Source: Octopus vulgaris (taxonomy: Eukaryota). From it: a stretch of 64,000 nt of DNA. The position numbers and the translations under genes were made by a program. Location: contig OX597833.1 of assembly GCA_951406725.2 (NCBI GenBank), positions 56,792,001-56,856,000 of the forward strand, in the 5' to 3' direction. Numbering within the stretch: position 1 is the stretch's first letter; each line of letters starts with the position of its first letter. Positions 48,568 through 63,277 of the stretch are shown here, in pieces. Below the pieces are notes generated by a model. That model saw only the letters and a list, made by a program, of their open reading frames with translations, was not told the DNA's origin and did not search any database.

Positions 48568-50505
48568 AAAGGCAGTGATTTCAACAGAAATATGATAACA
48601 GATAGATCAAACATTCATCTAAGCTTTACTTCCCAAAACTCAACTCCTCTATATAGCCACGAAAAAAGCAACCAGAAAGGTTTTCAATTTCTGTTAAAAT
48701 TACAACAACTTACATTTAACATTAAACCACAACAAAATGATTTAAAACTACAAAAATTTTTGACTGATCAATCACAATACACTGAGTTGTTCTTGTTTAA
48801 CCCCAGAGAAATTCTGATCAAGCAAACTATGGTCAAAGACTTTCCAGTCCAAACCATTTCAGTGGGTCAGTGGGAAGGCAGAGGTTTCAAACTCTTCCTT
48901 TATTTGTTGGTTCATATACACTGAGTCAGTATAGTTTTCTCTCTAAAATTAAATTTAAATGTTGATTTGTTCTACTGAAGATTTACTTCCACAAAATCTT
49001 TATTTATTTCATTAGAATTATTCTTATCTCTTCCACTTAAAAAAGAAAAGATATCTACCAAGTTTAACACAGTACAGGCTAATTCAGTGGAGCTGTCATT
49101 ATACATTCCAGGAAAGATAAATCATTTAGCTTAACACGGAAATGGCTGTTGCATGCCAACCATTATGTGCAGCTTGCAAAATCACATATATTCAATGGCA
49201 ATGATTGGTAGACACTGGTTTGAAGTTAGCATTCCAGATGATCTTTGACTTATACCCAGCACTTACATGGACTGTAAAAATAAAATGTTCTACACAGCAA
49301 TACAATAACACACCAACAGAAGATTTGAATACACAACTCAATGATAAGTGGAATAACATCTTATTCAGTTGACCACCTTAACATCACGCATACACACTAA
49401 CACCCACATGTGTATAAGTGCGTACATATACACGTGTACACACACATACAAGTATATACGTGGTAATTGTGAACCTTGGATTAATGGTTTGTAAAGTTTA
49501 CCAGCTTCAATAAAATTTGATATTTCACTCTACCTTTGATAGTGAGTAACTTTTCCTATTCTCTCGTTTTGTGGCTTTTCTGCTAGCATTCACACACACA
49601 CACACACACGTACGTGTATATACATATATACATACACACACACGTGAACATAAAAGCATGTGCATACACACATTTTATTCTAAAATATAAATTGATTCTG
49701 CAACAGGATATTTAAATAAAAGTCGAGTTTAAGAGAAAGTAACTTGTTTTTATGTCCTTAGTGATTTTATGTATCCATATTCAAATTATTTTAGAACCTT
49801 TGAAGAATTGATTTGCTAAATGTACCTGGATAGAAAGGATGAGATTCTGAAAATGGTATGATATCAGCATATTATTATATTCGAATGTTAGGTAGATGGC
49901 ATCTGAATATGCTGATACTATTTTTAGGTTTATCCCTTCTATTGAGATACATTTAGCAAAACAAAATCAGTCAAATAAAGTTGCTAGAATATCAAATAAA
50001 AAAAATCATTGGGGATATAAGAACAGTTATGGAATAAAATTCCTGATACCAAAGATGTCAATGACTTGGATATTGTTAGAGTAACTATATATGAAAAAAA
50101 AAATTAACCTTATGTTAGAACTGTTTACATTTTATATAAGCAAAGAAAAATTAGTTTTCAAATTTATGTATATTTCTTTTATGATTAAAGTTACATATTT
50201 CATAAAACTGGAAAAGAAACATGCTTTTTGATTCTTTTCATCATGTTTTGATGTTTTTATTAATAATTTGTTTTCGCAATTCTACAAAATCTTTGATGAT
50301 AACAGCCAATAATTTTTCTATTTCTCATTACTATGGCAACACAAATTTTGATAAGCCTGCACGCCATAATTTGAAAGCAAATAAAAAAAAGAAGTATATT
50401 CATAAAGTGTCCTGATATGTTATCATTCCTTAGGAGGTCACTAACTAAGCATAAAAAAAAGATGTTTCTTTTACAGTTGTCTAGTTTATTCCTCAGGCAC
50501 CAAAA

Positions 50506-50575
<70 letters not shown>

Positions 50576-50720
50576 GTATATACTATAAATTCTTAAGTCC
50601 AAACACAGATCTTCAATTAATACATGAGGTTTTACTGAATAATCTAAATATCTTACTTCTAAAAACAACAAAAAAACAAAAGAGTACAGAAATACATTTA
50701 GGACAATGGTGATGATATCT

Positions 50721-51129
50721 CTCTCTTTTTACTCTTTTACTTGTTTCAGTCATTTGACTGTGGCCATGCTGGAGCACCACCTTTTAGTCGAGCAAATTGA
50801 CCCCAAGACTTATTCTTTGTAAGCCTAGTACTTATTCTATCGGTCTCTTTTGCCGAACCGCTAAGTTACGGGGACGTAAACACACCAGCATCGGTTGTCA
50901 AGCGATGTTGGGAGGACAAACACAGACACACAAACATATACACATACACATACATATATATATATATATACATATATACGACAGGCTTCTTTCAGTTTCC
51001 GTCTACCAAATCCACTCACAAGGCTTTGGTCGGCCCAAGGCTATAGTAGAAGGTGCCACGCAGTGGGACTGAACCCAGAACCATGTGGTTCGTAAGCAAG
51101 CTTCTTACCACACAGCCACTCCTACGCCT
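50721..51129 (-). mobile_element. tRNA-derived SINE, family A (small internal deletion)
   Basis: Reverse complement of the 8077 copy. Lacks ACACTTGCCCAAG between two AAG microhomologies. Confidence 0.9.
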
Positions 51130-51542
51130 ATATATCATTTTTTTAAAATTTTCTTTTTTGCTGATGAACTAATGACTTTGTAAGCAAAAGTAAGTTATCC
51201 TATGCACTAGTGCAAAATAGTATGACATCAGTTATCTGACTTCACATGGTCAGATGCATCCATCAATGGATAACTAACAATATTGAATTTAAATTAAAAA
51301 TGAAGCTCATGCTTTTTCTTTAGTCATTAGTAGCTAAATAAGTACAGTAGTTGCAAATCCTGAATTGAAATTGGGTCGTATACTCAACTTACCAACATCT
51401 TATCACCACAAATTCTATGGCATTTACCAACCAACTAACCAGCCAACCAACCAACCAGCAAATATAGATGTAGATCATGATTTGTGTGATTTTTGCATCT
51501 TGCTTTTTTTAAATTGTCTGTTTTATCTTTTATTATATTTAT

Positions 51543-51954
51543 CTCTTTTACTCTTTTACTCTTTTACTTGTTTCAGTCATTTGACTGCAGCCATGCTGGA
51601 GCACCGCCTTTAGTCGAGCAACTCGACCCCGGGACTTATTCTTTGTAAGCCCAGTACTTATTCTATCAGTCTCTTTTGCCAAACCGCTAAGTTACGGTGA
51701 CATAAACACACCAGCATCGGTTGTCAAGCAATGCTAGGGGGACAAACACAGACACACAAACACACACACGCATATATATATACATATATACGACGGGCTT
51801 CTTTCAGTTTCCGTCTACCAAATCCACTCACAAGGCTTTGGTCAGCCCGAGGCTATAGTAGAAGACACTTGCCCAAGGTGCCACGCAGTGGGACTGAACC
51901 CGGAACCATGTGGTTGGTAAGCAAGCTACTTACCACACAGCCACTCCTGCGCCT
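51543..51954 (-). mobile_element. tRNA-derived SINE, family A (young, full length)
   Basis: Reverse complement of the 8077 copy, flanked by TATTTAT on both sides (putative TSD). Confidence 0.9.
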
Positions 51955-54900
51955 ATTTATTTCTGTTAATTTAAACTTCTTTTGTCAGAGAAAAGTTGTT
52001 CTGCTTTTTAATTTTCATTTATCAAAAGCAAATGCAGAAAATACTCATTTATTATTATGAGGGCATCAACATCACTGAAGACAGGGTTTGGGGGACTTGT
52101 TTTTTACCATATTCCTGACAATAAAATTTGTTAAATTCCCTCCAAGCTTTTATTTAATTGCAGTTTTTCATTTTTTTTTTTTTTCAGTCAGGATATAATT
52201 TGAATACATGTAGAAATGGATGGAGTTGGGGAAGAATTCATTTGAAGTTATATTTCAAACCATATAATAAAATCCCTCGCTATTCATACAACAGCCACTG
52301 GTACTATGAAATAGTTGAGTGAATATTACATTATTTAAAATAAATAAATAAATCCCCCAATAGTAAGTTACTACACAGAGAGAATCTTGTAACTGCAAGT
52401 TTAACAGAAACCTACAGGGGTTTAGTTAGCCTTTCATCTTTCAAAAGGGTGATAAAGCGCTTCTTAGATTCCAGGATAAGCAGCTAAATTTCTATATATA
52501 TATATTATGTGACTGGTAGGAGTGACATCCATCTCTTCAACAGAGCAGGATGAGAAAACAAAAGAATAAATATCTAAAAGGTTAAGTCGAAAAACATTTT
52601 ATTTAATGCTTGATATTATTCTTGATGGACCACAGTTTCAAGAAAATTTTAAAAGCATCATATATTATTAAAAACAAAGCAAAAAAATAAGTCAAGAAAG
52701 GAAAATATTATGACAGTAAGCAATGAATGCAGTTTCTTGTTACAAAAATTGAGCTGCACTTGGCTTTTACTTAGGGTGCGTTTGAAAGTGTAATCTATCA
52801 TGCATACTCTAATTTTAACAGATATGTCAATGTAACCTGGTAGCTAAATATCAGCAGCAATGTGCATAGAATTTAGAAAAGAAGAATTTAATCTTTATTG
52901 TATGGAGTACATTGTATGCATGCCTCTGGATTTTAAGTTATTCTTTTAAAAAAAAGTAATAATAATAAAAGAGAATCTAAAAAAACATCCAATATTTTTC
53001 ATTTGTATATTTTTACTTTCATTTATTGATTTTATTTGGAAGCTTGACATATTTCATGTCTAACATCTTGAATAAGACTTTATTTAACAAAATACTTTAA
53101 TATAAAGTTTTGGTAACAGAAATAACAAGAGCAACAACAAAAGTATAAATCTTCAAGCAGATCAACGCATGCAACATTTGAAGTGGCCAATAAAACAGGG
53201 TTTTCTGACTCAGTTCACTATGACCACCTCTGCCACTATCACCACCACCACCACCAACAAGTTTTTCCTGATTAGACGGAAAGCTAATTTTCCAGTATGA
53301 AATATAAAGTCAATTGAATCTACTCCTATACAATACTAGGGTGGGATGAAAGTTAGCGCCACCCCAGTGAAGTTTTGATTCAGAATATAACAGGACATAA
53401 CTAAATAATGATTTCTAACAAAGGCACAATACCACGAACTTTAGGACAGAGAATAGTCAATTAGATTGATTGTAGTACATGACACCCACTTATTTTATTG
53501 ACTTTGGAAGGATGAATGATGCAGCCAACTTGGGTGTGATTTAAACTTAGAATGTAAGGATAAATAATTAAACACCACTAGGTATTTTATCCAATATCCT
53601 ATCAGATCTGCCTTTTAATTTGAAGTGCTAATTATTCTAAAATAAGCAGCAAGGTTAGAGAATACAACAACTACATGGTGATAGGAAAGAGCCAATTTGA
53701 GAAAACATACAAATATTGATCTATTTGGAAAAGAATAGATAGTCCATATATCTATTTTGCACAGTTACAACACATTAAATTGCTAGGGAACTAACAGTGC
53801 TTCTATTCATATTAACTAAAAAAAAAAAAGTTAATTATATTATTAATTTCTTTAGATGTTAATAAACCATTATGCTGAAACCATCCAAAGATAAACTATT
53901 AGCTAAACAATAAACACTTTATATAAACACTTTATGATGTGCAAATTAATTTTTAGGTAAGTTGCACATGAAAATCAAAAACAAAAAGCCTAAACATTAT
54001 CATCATAAATAGTCAAATTGAAGCCATTTATTATGAATAAATAGAAAAACCTATTATACAACCAATATACATCATAAGTAAAATACAGAGTGAAAATATA
54101 TGACAGTGAATAAGAGTGGTGTAACTGAGATAAAGTAGAGACTAATGTTTCTAGCAGCACCCTTCCTCACAGACTAACACTAACCAACAAATACTAGTAT
54201 CCTTTTACACAAACCAAGCTGATTAACCTATTAGAAATAGCAACCAAATTTCCTTCAAATCATACCATACAGTCTTTAAAAAAAAAAAAAAGAAGCTGGT
54301 TGTAGCTGGAACATCTTTGATCATTGGTTTGAAAAAGCAGCAACAATCCTTTTAACTTTGAATGCAAAGATCGTATTTTTAAACTCTCCTACTGTGTCCT
54401 TTGCTTTAAACAGAAAAGAGGTTCCACATTTTATGGTTGAGTGGTCAGAAGTAGCAAAGGCATTCAACAAATACTTACTACAACAAAGACAAATAACCAA
54501 ATTCTTTTTTACATCCATACAAATTAAGCTATAAAATATTAACCAGACAAAAAAAATAATAAATAACCTAACTAGGTTATATATATATCTGACATTTCAT
54601 TCTTTCACAAAAGTAGAAAAAAAAAAACATCACACTGTTGGTTTTGTTTATCTGTTTAACCATTTCATCTCCTATCTAAAAAGTTATGCATCCTAAAAGT
54701 TTTGTTGAGAGGTGTTGTTGATAGTATAGCAGCAAGGAATGTGGCAGATTATTCTGTTCATGAAGTAATGAAAGATTGCTGTGAATTTACTGTAAACTAA
54801 ACAGAGGTGGTGGTGGTGGTGGTGGTGGTGGTGGTAGTGGTGGGGCTACTGAACAGCAAAATACAGTGTATCCTAACCATAACTTCTGCTCTAGAGGAAA

Positions 54901-55334
54901 TGCTTGACGTAAAAAACACATATATAAGTTAATGAGTTGCATGCATTTCTGGTAGGAAAAGGTATCAAATTTTGTTTATGGGGTTACGTATACGAGGAAA
55001 ACATTTTGTCTATTTTGTTCACAATTACAAATAACTTTCATTCCTAATCCTATGTCGGAGTATAGTTGTGAAACTATACTGGTCACACTTAAAAGAGGAC
55101 AAAGAAACCTACATTTGACTAATAGCAAAGTTTATACCAAACATTTTCTTAACATGGAATTACAAATGTAGCTATTTTTAATCCCAGGGGTCATCATATA
55201 AATGAAGACAATAAATCTAGTTTATAAATATACATAGAAACTAAAAGGTTTTTGCTTCCATGAGACTTGACCTGCTGAATTAAAACAAATTTACAGCATA
55301 CTTTTACAAATGTAAACAATCTTATCTACTGGAG

Positions 55335-55533
55335 GTGCAAAGCCTGAAATTTGATGGGAGGAGGCTTATCAATTACATCAACCCCAGTGTTCAACTGCTA
55401 CTTATTTTGTCAACCCAGAAAAGATGAAAGGCAAAGTCAACCACAACAGAATTTGAACGCATAATGTAAAGTCAGAAGAAATACTGCTAAGCATTTTATC
55501 TGGTGTTCTAACAATTCTGCCAGCTCAATACCT
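55335..55533 (-). mobile_element. SINE-like repeat family C (decayed copies near 770-865, 2220-2345 and 53270-53612)
   Basis: Recurrent GAAAGATGAAAGGCAAAGTCAACC...GAATTTGAAC...AGCATTTT...ATTCTGCCAGCTC. Orientation is inferred. Confidence 0.6.
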
Positions 55534-56114
55534 ACAAATGTAAACGATAAATGTAAATAATAAAGTCGCTTATTATTTCAGTGTAGATAGCTTATTATAC
55601 ATTTTAAGTTATGCTTGTAGAGAATTAAATGTTATATTAGATTCAGACCAGCTAAAAAGCCATAAACAATATAAGTAATTGCCTAGTGTCAAATGGAAAA
55701 AAAATAGATCAGCTATCAACATAGGATATGAAATGATAATAATTTGCCTGATATGAAGTATAGTTTGTTCACAAAAACACTGATAGAGTAGTTTATTTGC
55801 CTATCTTTTCATTTTAAGTCAGTAGACTATATCTTAAGAAATATTTCCCTAAAACTTGGTTAAATTATCTAGATAGACTCCCCCAATCAGCGATCATGTC
55901 ACTATCAACTAGGCTAAAATACTGTGTAACTGATCTGATAAAGACTTATATCTCTATCCAAACTCTTAAGAAGAAAATATATTTCACAAAAAACTAAGAT
56001 AAATCCTTCTGAGCCAAAAGTGAAGCTTCCCACAACAGAATCTCGATACTACTCATACAATTTCTTTAAGAGAAAAAAAATTCTATTTATTATTTGAGCA
56101 CACACATTTTAAAT

Positions 56115-56418
56115 CAGTGGCTCCCAAACTTTTTCGAGCTATTGCCCCCTTGATGCCCAGGCCACATTCCTAGTGCCCCCACTCCAACTAACCATCACAA
56201 ACATAGAGTTCTTTCTCAAGCAAATTCAAAGCAACTATATTTCACAAATAAAACTTGTGAAATACATTATTTTGTTGTTTTTACATGAATTGCTATCCCA
56301 TTATCGCCCCACTTTTTATATGATCCACTATTCCATTATCACCCCACTTTTCTTCAATGCCCCCTTGGAAGTTTCCACAGCCTCCAGGGGGTAATACCAC
56401 CCACTTTAGGAACCACTG
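56115..56418. mobile_element. hAT (Charlie/MER5-like) MITE
   Basis: TIRs CAGTGGCTCCCAAA / TTTAGGAACCACTG. TSD TTTTAAAT at 56107-56114 and 56419-56426. Confidence 0.85.
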
Positions 56419-57540
56419 TTTTAAATCTTTCATCCAAAACCATTCGATTCTTACAGAGATGTTTTTTTTTTCCTCCAAGTTAAGCCTGAATGACTAAATC
56501 TTTAATCAAAGGCATCCCAACTGTTAACCATCACTCTTTTTTATCCAAAAATATTGTAACTAATGGTTACAATAAGGCTTTACAATCTTTATACTTTATT
56601 TCAGTTCTTCTGATTACCCTGGATGGTGAATATGTACATATTACACACACACACACTCACACACACACACACACACATGCTTCTAATGTGACAGGATGAT
56701 AGCACTGGATCTTTGCAACCAAGATACCACTCAATGGTACATCCCAACCTACTTTCCATTTGCTATGCACCACACTCATTGCTTGACCTCTCTGACAACA
56801 TCATGTTACCAATGTGAAGGTAAAGTGAACTATACCCAGTCCACTTTACTTTCTTTCTCCCCCTCCTCTACTGCCTGTAATTGACCCCATGTCACTCTAC
56901 CAGTAAATGTTTATTTCTTTACACCCACATGTCCTGGGCCACTGTCATTGTTCTATCACCACCTCCCAGGTAACATAGACATTAGTCACCTCCCAACCAC
57001 CTCAATGATGCTGCTCAGAATACTGAGTACACTTGTCACCCCTTCCCTGCAACACATCTCCCTCATCACTTGGTCATATATTTAAAAAAAAGTGACATGT
57101 AGTAACTATTGTATGAAGATCTGCAAAGAGGCTGGCAAGCAAGTGGAGACATGGGGATGTGCAGTCTCTTTAGTTGTGTTTAGAATATGGCTACCCAGCT
57201 ACCTGTCAAGTGCTGGTGTCACAAAAAAAAAAATGCACCCAGTACACTCTGGAAAGTGTGAGGTTGTGAGGCTACTTTGATCTTGTCAAGGGCATGATAA
57301 CTGTCTAGTCCTGGTAGCACAAAAACATAAGAAAGCACTCAGTACATTCTATAAAGTGGTTGGTGCATCAAGCTGAAGAAACCATGCCAACATGAAATGC
57401 CGGTGAGATGAAGTCCTCTTGGCCCGTCTATATAAATGATACCCATTTAACTATGTACTGGCTCTAACCTGCCTAACCCATAGCAGATTGGAAATCAGAC
57501 ATTACATGAAGCTGATGATGATAGTTATTATGATGTAAGA

Positions 57541-57576
<36 letters not shown>

Positions 57577-57912
57577 ACATATATATAAATATAAACCATA
57601 TGTATCTTAGACGCATATTACCCTATTAAACATCAAGAGTCCTCAATATGTAAATATAATTCTTCCAACACAAAACATGTATCAAGTTGCATATGTTCTA
57701 ACAGCAGTGCTTTTATTGACCTACCATTTATTTTCATTGCTCTTCTACTTTTACCTCTGTGTGTGTGTGTTTGCGTGTGTGTGTGTCTGTGTGTGTAAGA
57801 CCAAGAAGAGTAATAAAGATGAAAGCGAGATTCCTAAAATTACTTCAGCTGTTAGAACCTAGGCAACTAGATACATGCTTTATGCTCTTCCAGTTAATGT
57901 AATGATGGTTAA

Positions 57913-58091
57913 CCCTTTAGCATTCAGATTACTCTTTCAAATGTAATGCTTCATTTATTCACATTGTTTTGAGTTAATCATGCATTATCTCATACCTTCA
58001 AGATTTCAATATGATATGATAATTTATTCTGACAAAGACATTGTGAGGCAGGAGTGAGAAGTCAGATCTGGCCAGTTTAAATACTGAAAGG
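57913..58091. mobile_element. piggyBac-type MITE, second copy
   Basis: TTAA-CCCTTTAGCATTC...CAGATCTGGCCAG...CTGAAAGG-TTAA. Confidence 0.8.
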
Positions 58092-58118
58092 TTAAATTCA
58101 TCACGTGAAGTGAATAAT

Positions 58119-58162
<44 letters not shown>

Positions 58163-58165
<3 letters not shown>

Positions 58166-58357
58166 GCCATGATAGATCGTTAGCCACTACACACATTTTT
58201 TTCTCTCCTTGTTTCTCTCGTTTTTTCTGTGTCCCTTTCTGTAGAAGAGCGTAGGCTCGAAACGTAAAAGACTTTTTCTATTCCTGAGCGTTATACAAAC
58301 ACATCTGTTTGTTTTGTACACCACCTGTCTTCGTCTTTTGTTTTTTTCATAAACTCT

Positions 58358-58360
<3 letters not shown>
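58163..58360 (+). mobile_element. Penelope-like pseudo-LTR element inserted in a (TA)n microsatellite
   Basis: About 200-bp CpG-retaining unit flanked on both sides by long (TA)n, containing the variant hammerhead. Confidence 0.6.
58235..58270 (+). ncRNA. Variant minimal hammerhead ribozyme (core CUGUAGA)
   Basis: CTTT-CTGTAGA-A-GAGC(gtag)GCTC-GAAA-CGTA-AAAG. Stem I covaries relative to the copy at 44607. Confidence 0.6.
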
Positions 58361-58411
<51 letters not shown>

Positions 58412-60281
58412 CCATAGCTATTCCAGAATCAAGTTACAAAAAAAACAACCTTCACCTTGAAAACTGTAAGAAAAGCACAAAATGTGTGTGTGTGTGTAGG
58501 TGTGAGAGAGAGAGAGAGGGTGTGAATGTATCTGTGTGAAGTGTCAATGTATGTACATATACATTGACACACTTCATCGCACACACAGACACACTCAAAC
58601 TTGCATGCAATATACAAGCATGCATCCACCTAAAGGAAAAAATTTGAGAGACTGTGTGTATGTAAATGTGTGTGTACTCCTATGTTTTCACAAGAACAGG
58701 CTTTTTCTATTAAAAAATATCTGATAAATTGCTAGCAGCCAGTACCAATACATCATACATCTATAAATATTATATTCTATTTAAAATAGATGCATGTATT
58801 ATTTTCTTTTCTTAATCACTTCAAAAATATTTGAAATATGACTTATAATGACAACCACATTTATAGCAATATAGCATTACCAATACTGGAGCTCAGAATT
58901 AGTACATTTATTGTTGGATTGAAGTGTTCAGAATACTTCTTTTACATATTCTAAACTGAAGTCTTAAAATCCTAAAACGAATTTATTTCTCTGTTGTAAT
59001 TCCACAACTGCTAACATTATTTTGTCTTCTCAAAAACATGTATTAATTTAACTCTGGATACAGTCAAGAAAGAACTAAACTAGTTTTCTCTACGTATGAT
59101 ACTGCTTAGCTGTAGACATCTTTCATCTACAGATAAAAAATTCCAAAGGCCTGAGATCTAGAATATCAATTCTGAGGGTATTGATTGGGAGATTCTTAAT
59201 CACTGAGTCAATCGTCAATATTGAATATCAAGCCTTGCATTTGTAATAATACATTTTTTATATATATTTTTTTTTTCTGGGGAGTTACAAAGAACAACAA
59301 CCTTAAAAATATTCAATTCAGAATGCAGATTTGGGTCAGTGGTTTGAAAATGTTAAAATAAAAGTCAGTTACCAAAGTAAAAAAAAAATATTGGCTATGT
59401 TATATATTCTAATGGTTGAATGCAATTAAATACAGGTACACACTAATTTTCCAGCACATCTTCTAATCTAGACATAACAATGAGTAGACCTATGAATTTC
59501 TCATAACCCACTAGACTAGTTAACTGGGTGGCCACAGAGGGAACTGCGTATCATTTATGTTTCTAAAGAATAAGCAAAGGTTTGTCGTGAAGCTTTGCAA
59601 GAGAGATAGTTATGAATCACATGGTGATAGTCTCTTGGAAATACACTCTGAATTATTATTATTATGTGACTCCTGTTACTTCAGAAAAATGAATAATATG
59701 GTATGTGTCTCAAATAAAAGGTGCAAGGAAATTAGTGGTACACAGTTAAGAATATACCATTAAGGTCTGAAAACTTACTAGAATTACTATAAACCCAATG
59801 TGGCACATATCTAAGATTTTGATCTTACAAATCAAAATACTGACTGTTTGAAATTCTACATTACTTGCAGCAATGGTAAAATTAGCAAATGAAATATTAT
59901 GTGTGATCAGATAACAGAACATATTACAGTTGAACACATCTTTGTACAAGTTTGGTAGAGAAGAAAAATTTATTTGGTTCAATATTTATAGAAAAAAATG
60001 GATTGATAAGCTATTTTTGCATTGGTTAACACAAAAAAATTCCCTAAAGTCCACTGATTTGGCTAATCAGAACCAGTGGTAGTCAAAACTCTAATCAGGT
60101 CCCAAATCTAAACACATGCTAGTGATACATATTTTGCAGAACATTTTAAACTTTCAAATTAAAAACTAATAATAAATTTTCTTTTTATAAATTGAGCTCA
60201 CAGGCCATATGTTTGGCATCCTTGTTCTATACTACTGCATCCCTACAAAACCCTCATTCTATTCACATTTTCTTTATGAAC

Positions 60282-60341
<60 letters not shown>

Positions 60342-60629
60342 CAAAATAAGATACTAATCCTGCTAGCCTTACCCAGTTTCATTCTTATGATTTAGTCTAA
60401 ACAGACCTGAACAAGCTAACAAACAGAAAATATCTTGTTTCACTTCAATTGTTGCAAATCATCATACAATGCTGTTATACTATATTTCACTCATTTCACG
60501 TACATCCCCACAAAGAGGGGGCTTCTTTTAAACTGAAGTCAAACTCTGAAGCTGCAATTGCAGAATATAAATGTATTGAATTAAATATAGCATGCACACA
60601 CACACACACATACAATCACACGCATGCAT

Positions 60630-60674
<45 letters not shown>

Positions 60675-63253
60675 AAAGAATAACAGAGAGAAGTAGGACA
60701 CAGAAGAATAATACAAAAATAACAATAACAATACTCACAGATGAGTAAATATGAAAAGAAGCAATTTATCAAGCAATATCAGTTTATAATTCACTAATAA
60801 CCTGGTCAAATATGTTGAACCATCAACAGCTGTCAACCAACTTATTTATTCCAAAGTTTACATTATACAGCTGACAAATTTTGTAGAAGAGATGACAATA
60901 CTGCAAACTGAGCATGAAGTGGCTTAGCAAAATGGATAATATTGTAAAATTGTTAAAGGCCAGAAATAGAGAAACTAATCTATTTTACTAAAATTATTGT
61001 TCAGCTTTAATCTAAAGCATATATATTAAAGAAATAGAAACAAAAAAAAAAAGAAGATATTTTAAAGAATTTTATGAAATAAAATTCTAATAATAAATAA
61101 GGATAAAATTAAATTTAAACATTTATTATTGTTTATCTGTAGCATTTTATTAAAGGAGATTTTCAAACTCTCATCATTATTCAAGAAAAATGTGCCTTTA
61201 AAAGTTGACAACCATGAAAAATCTCAAGAAGATTGATGAAAATGTGAAGATATATATTAATAATTCATCTTACTTTCAAAATAAGACAGAATTTAACAAA
61301 GAAAAAAAGATAAGCTTTCAACATCATGACATGCCACAAACTCATTATACCCCTACAATCAATACAACACTGAGAATAAAGAATTTTGAAATAGATATGC
61401 TTGTTATAAAACATTTCTTTTAAGATATAGGATAGGCCTAGCTCACTCCATGGCCTAAGATATCTTAGTAACATACCAGAACACAATCATCATTCTAAAT
61501 CCCTGTGTTTGCAATTTAGCCTAGAAAATTTTACAATGTAAACACTGGAATAGCCTTCATATTAATTCTAGCTCATTGCTCAGCCTCAATGCTAGGTTAC
61601 CAGTCTCACTGATAAATCCCTATATAATCATTGCTTAGCAACTAGTTTCATAGTGACCCCTTTGATGATAGATGTGATGAAAGAATATTAAAACAGTAGC
61701 TTGTTGAGCAAACCATGAGTGTCATACTTTACCCCACACAATGAAATAATCAAATAATAGAGAATGCAGTATGGCACAGAACAAAATTAAAATATAGAAT
61801 ATCCTTTAGTTGGATCTTTTGTTCGCTTATAAATATTAATTACTCTTGTAACATAAGTCTGCTCAAGCAGAACTGACTTCAGCTACTTGACAAAATTCAC
61901 AAAACATGTATGTGTACTGTTGCTGCTTGAATATAGCCAGATGTCTGAGATTAATTATTATTAGGATTGATGGAGAAATACTTTGGACTGTTAATGTCAC
62001 CCCACTACGTTCCAAACAATTTGGCACCAATTCACCAGATCTGTCATGTCAATTGCACCTGATTCAAACTCATCAACTTTTATTTCAAATGTTGGAACTC
62101 AGCATGATACATACATCAATGACATAGACACCAAACCATTCAACAAACACGTGACTCACTCAACCAGAACAGAACAAACAGAGTGAACATTAAAAAAAAC
62201 TCCATTAGTAACAATATTTTGACTTTTGTGCTTACCTCTATCTCTGTCTGGCTTTTACACAAGCATATTTGCACAAACACACAAGCATTTAGGTATGCAT
62301 ATAAATACATAATTACTCCAATTTATGTAAATTTTTGTAATAAGATAAATCAGGCCTGTATAAAAGAACCTCTATATGTAATTAGAGAAAAATCAGAAGT
62401 ACATATCAATTTGGAATTTTAAATCACAAAGAAAATAAATAACTGAAAGTTGTTTGCAAAAGTAACAAATATAGAAACAGTTAAATAAGCTTGACGGTAT
62501 CATTTCCATGTGTATCCATTCAAGGATGTTACTTTGCATATCAAATAAATTGCTTAGCGGGTTGAGTAGAGGGTAATTTAGGTCTCTGTTTAGCTGGTGA
62601 CATTCATAAAAGCAAACCAAAAATAAAGTCTCTTCAATGGACACAATATGGCAAGAAAGACCCTGCTGTTGATTTTATAAATGAAACTTACTGTGTTTTC
62701 AACAAAGCTTTACTAAAGAGTATTTCACACATGTGAAAAGATTATTTTCAGATGTCAGGGATTTTCACAATAGACCCAATTTAAAATTAAAAATAAATAA
62801 GTAAAAATAAAATTTCTAAAAAATGAAAACAACATTAATATAGTTTTTTCTGGCCATAAAAAATAAATTGATTTTCTGAATGTAGTTCTTATAGTAGTTG
62901 TGGGTGGTACAATAAATATAACTAGATGGAATGAGAGAGTAAAAAGAGTGAAGACTATTCAAGAATGGAAACTGGACTAGACAAAAATTTCCTCACTCCA
63001 TTGAATATTTGAAAATAGAGCCTTGTTTAAAGAGTATATAGCACTATCTATTTCTGAGTCTTACATTCCATCAAATCAGCTACTTTTAACAATGCTTTAT
63101 AATAGTACACTTTACATGGTATCAAGGTTAGATGTACTTGAAAATTAACTTTTCATTTTCAAACCAGTTTTTTTCTATTAATTCACCATTCAGAATGAAT
63201 TTTTATATAGTTGTTGGTTTTTGCTTTCAATTTCTGCCACATATATTCAACAG

Positions 63254-63277
63254 CAGGCTTATTTCAAACCACAATTG
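63254..63277 (+). other. Candidate 24/21-nt microexon (NAGNAG acceptor) of an unidentified plus-strand gene
   Basis: Pyrimidine-rich tract with two TGC motifs, then AACAG|CAG|GCTTATTTCAAACCACAATTG|GTAAGT. Both lengths are multiples of 3 and no frame contains a stop. Confidence 0.4.
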
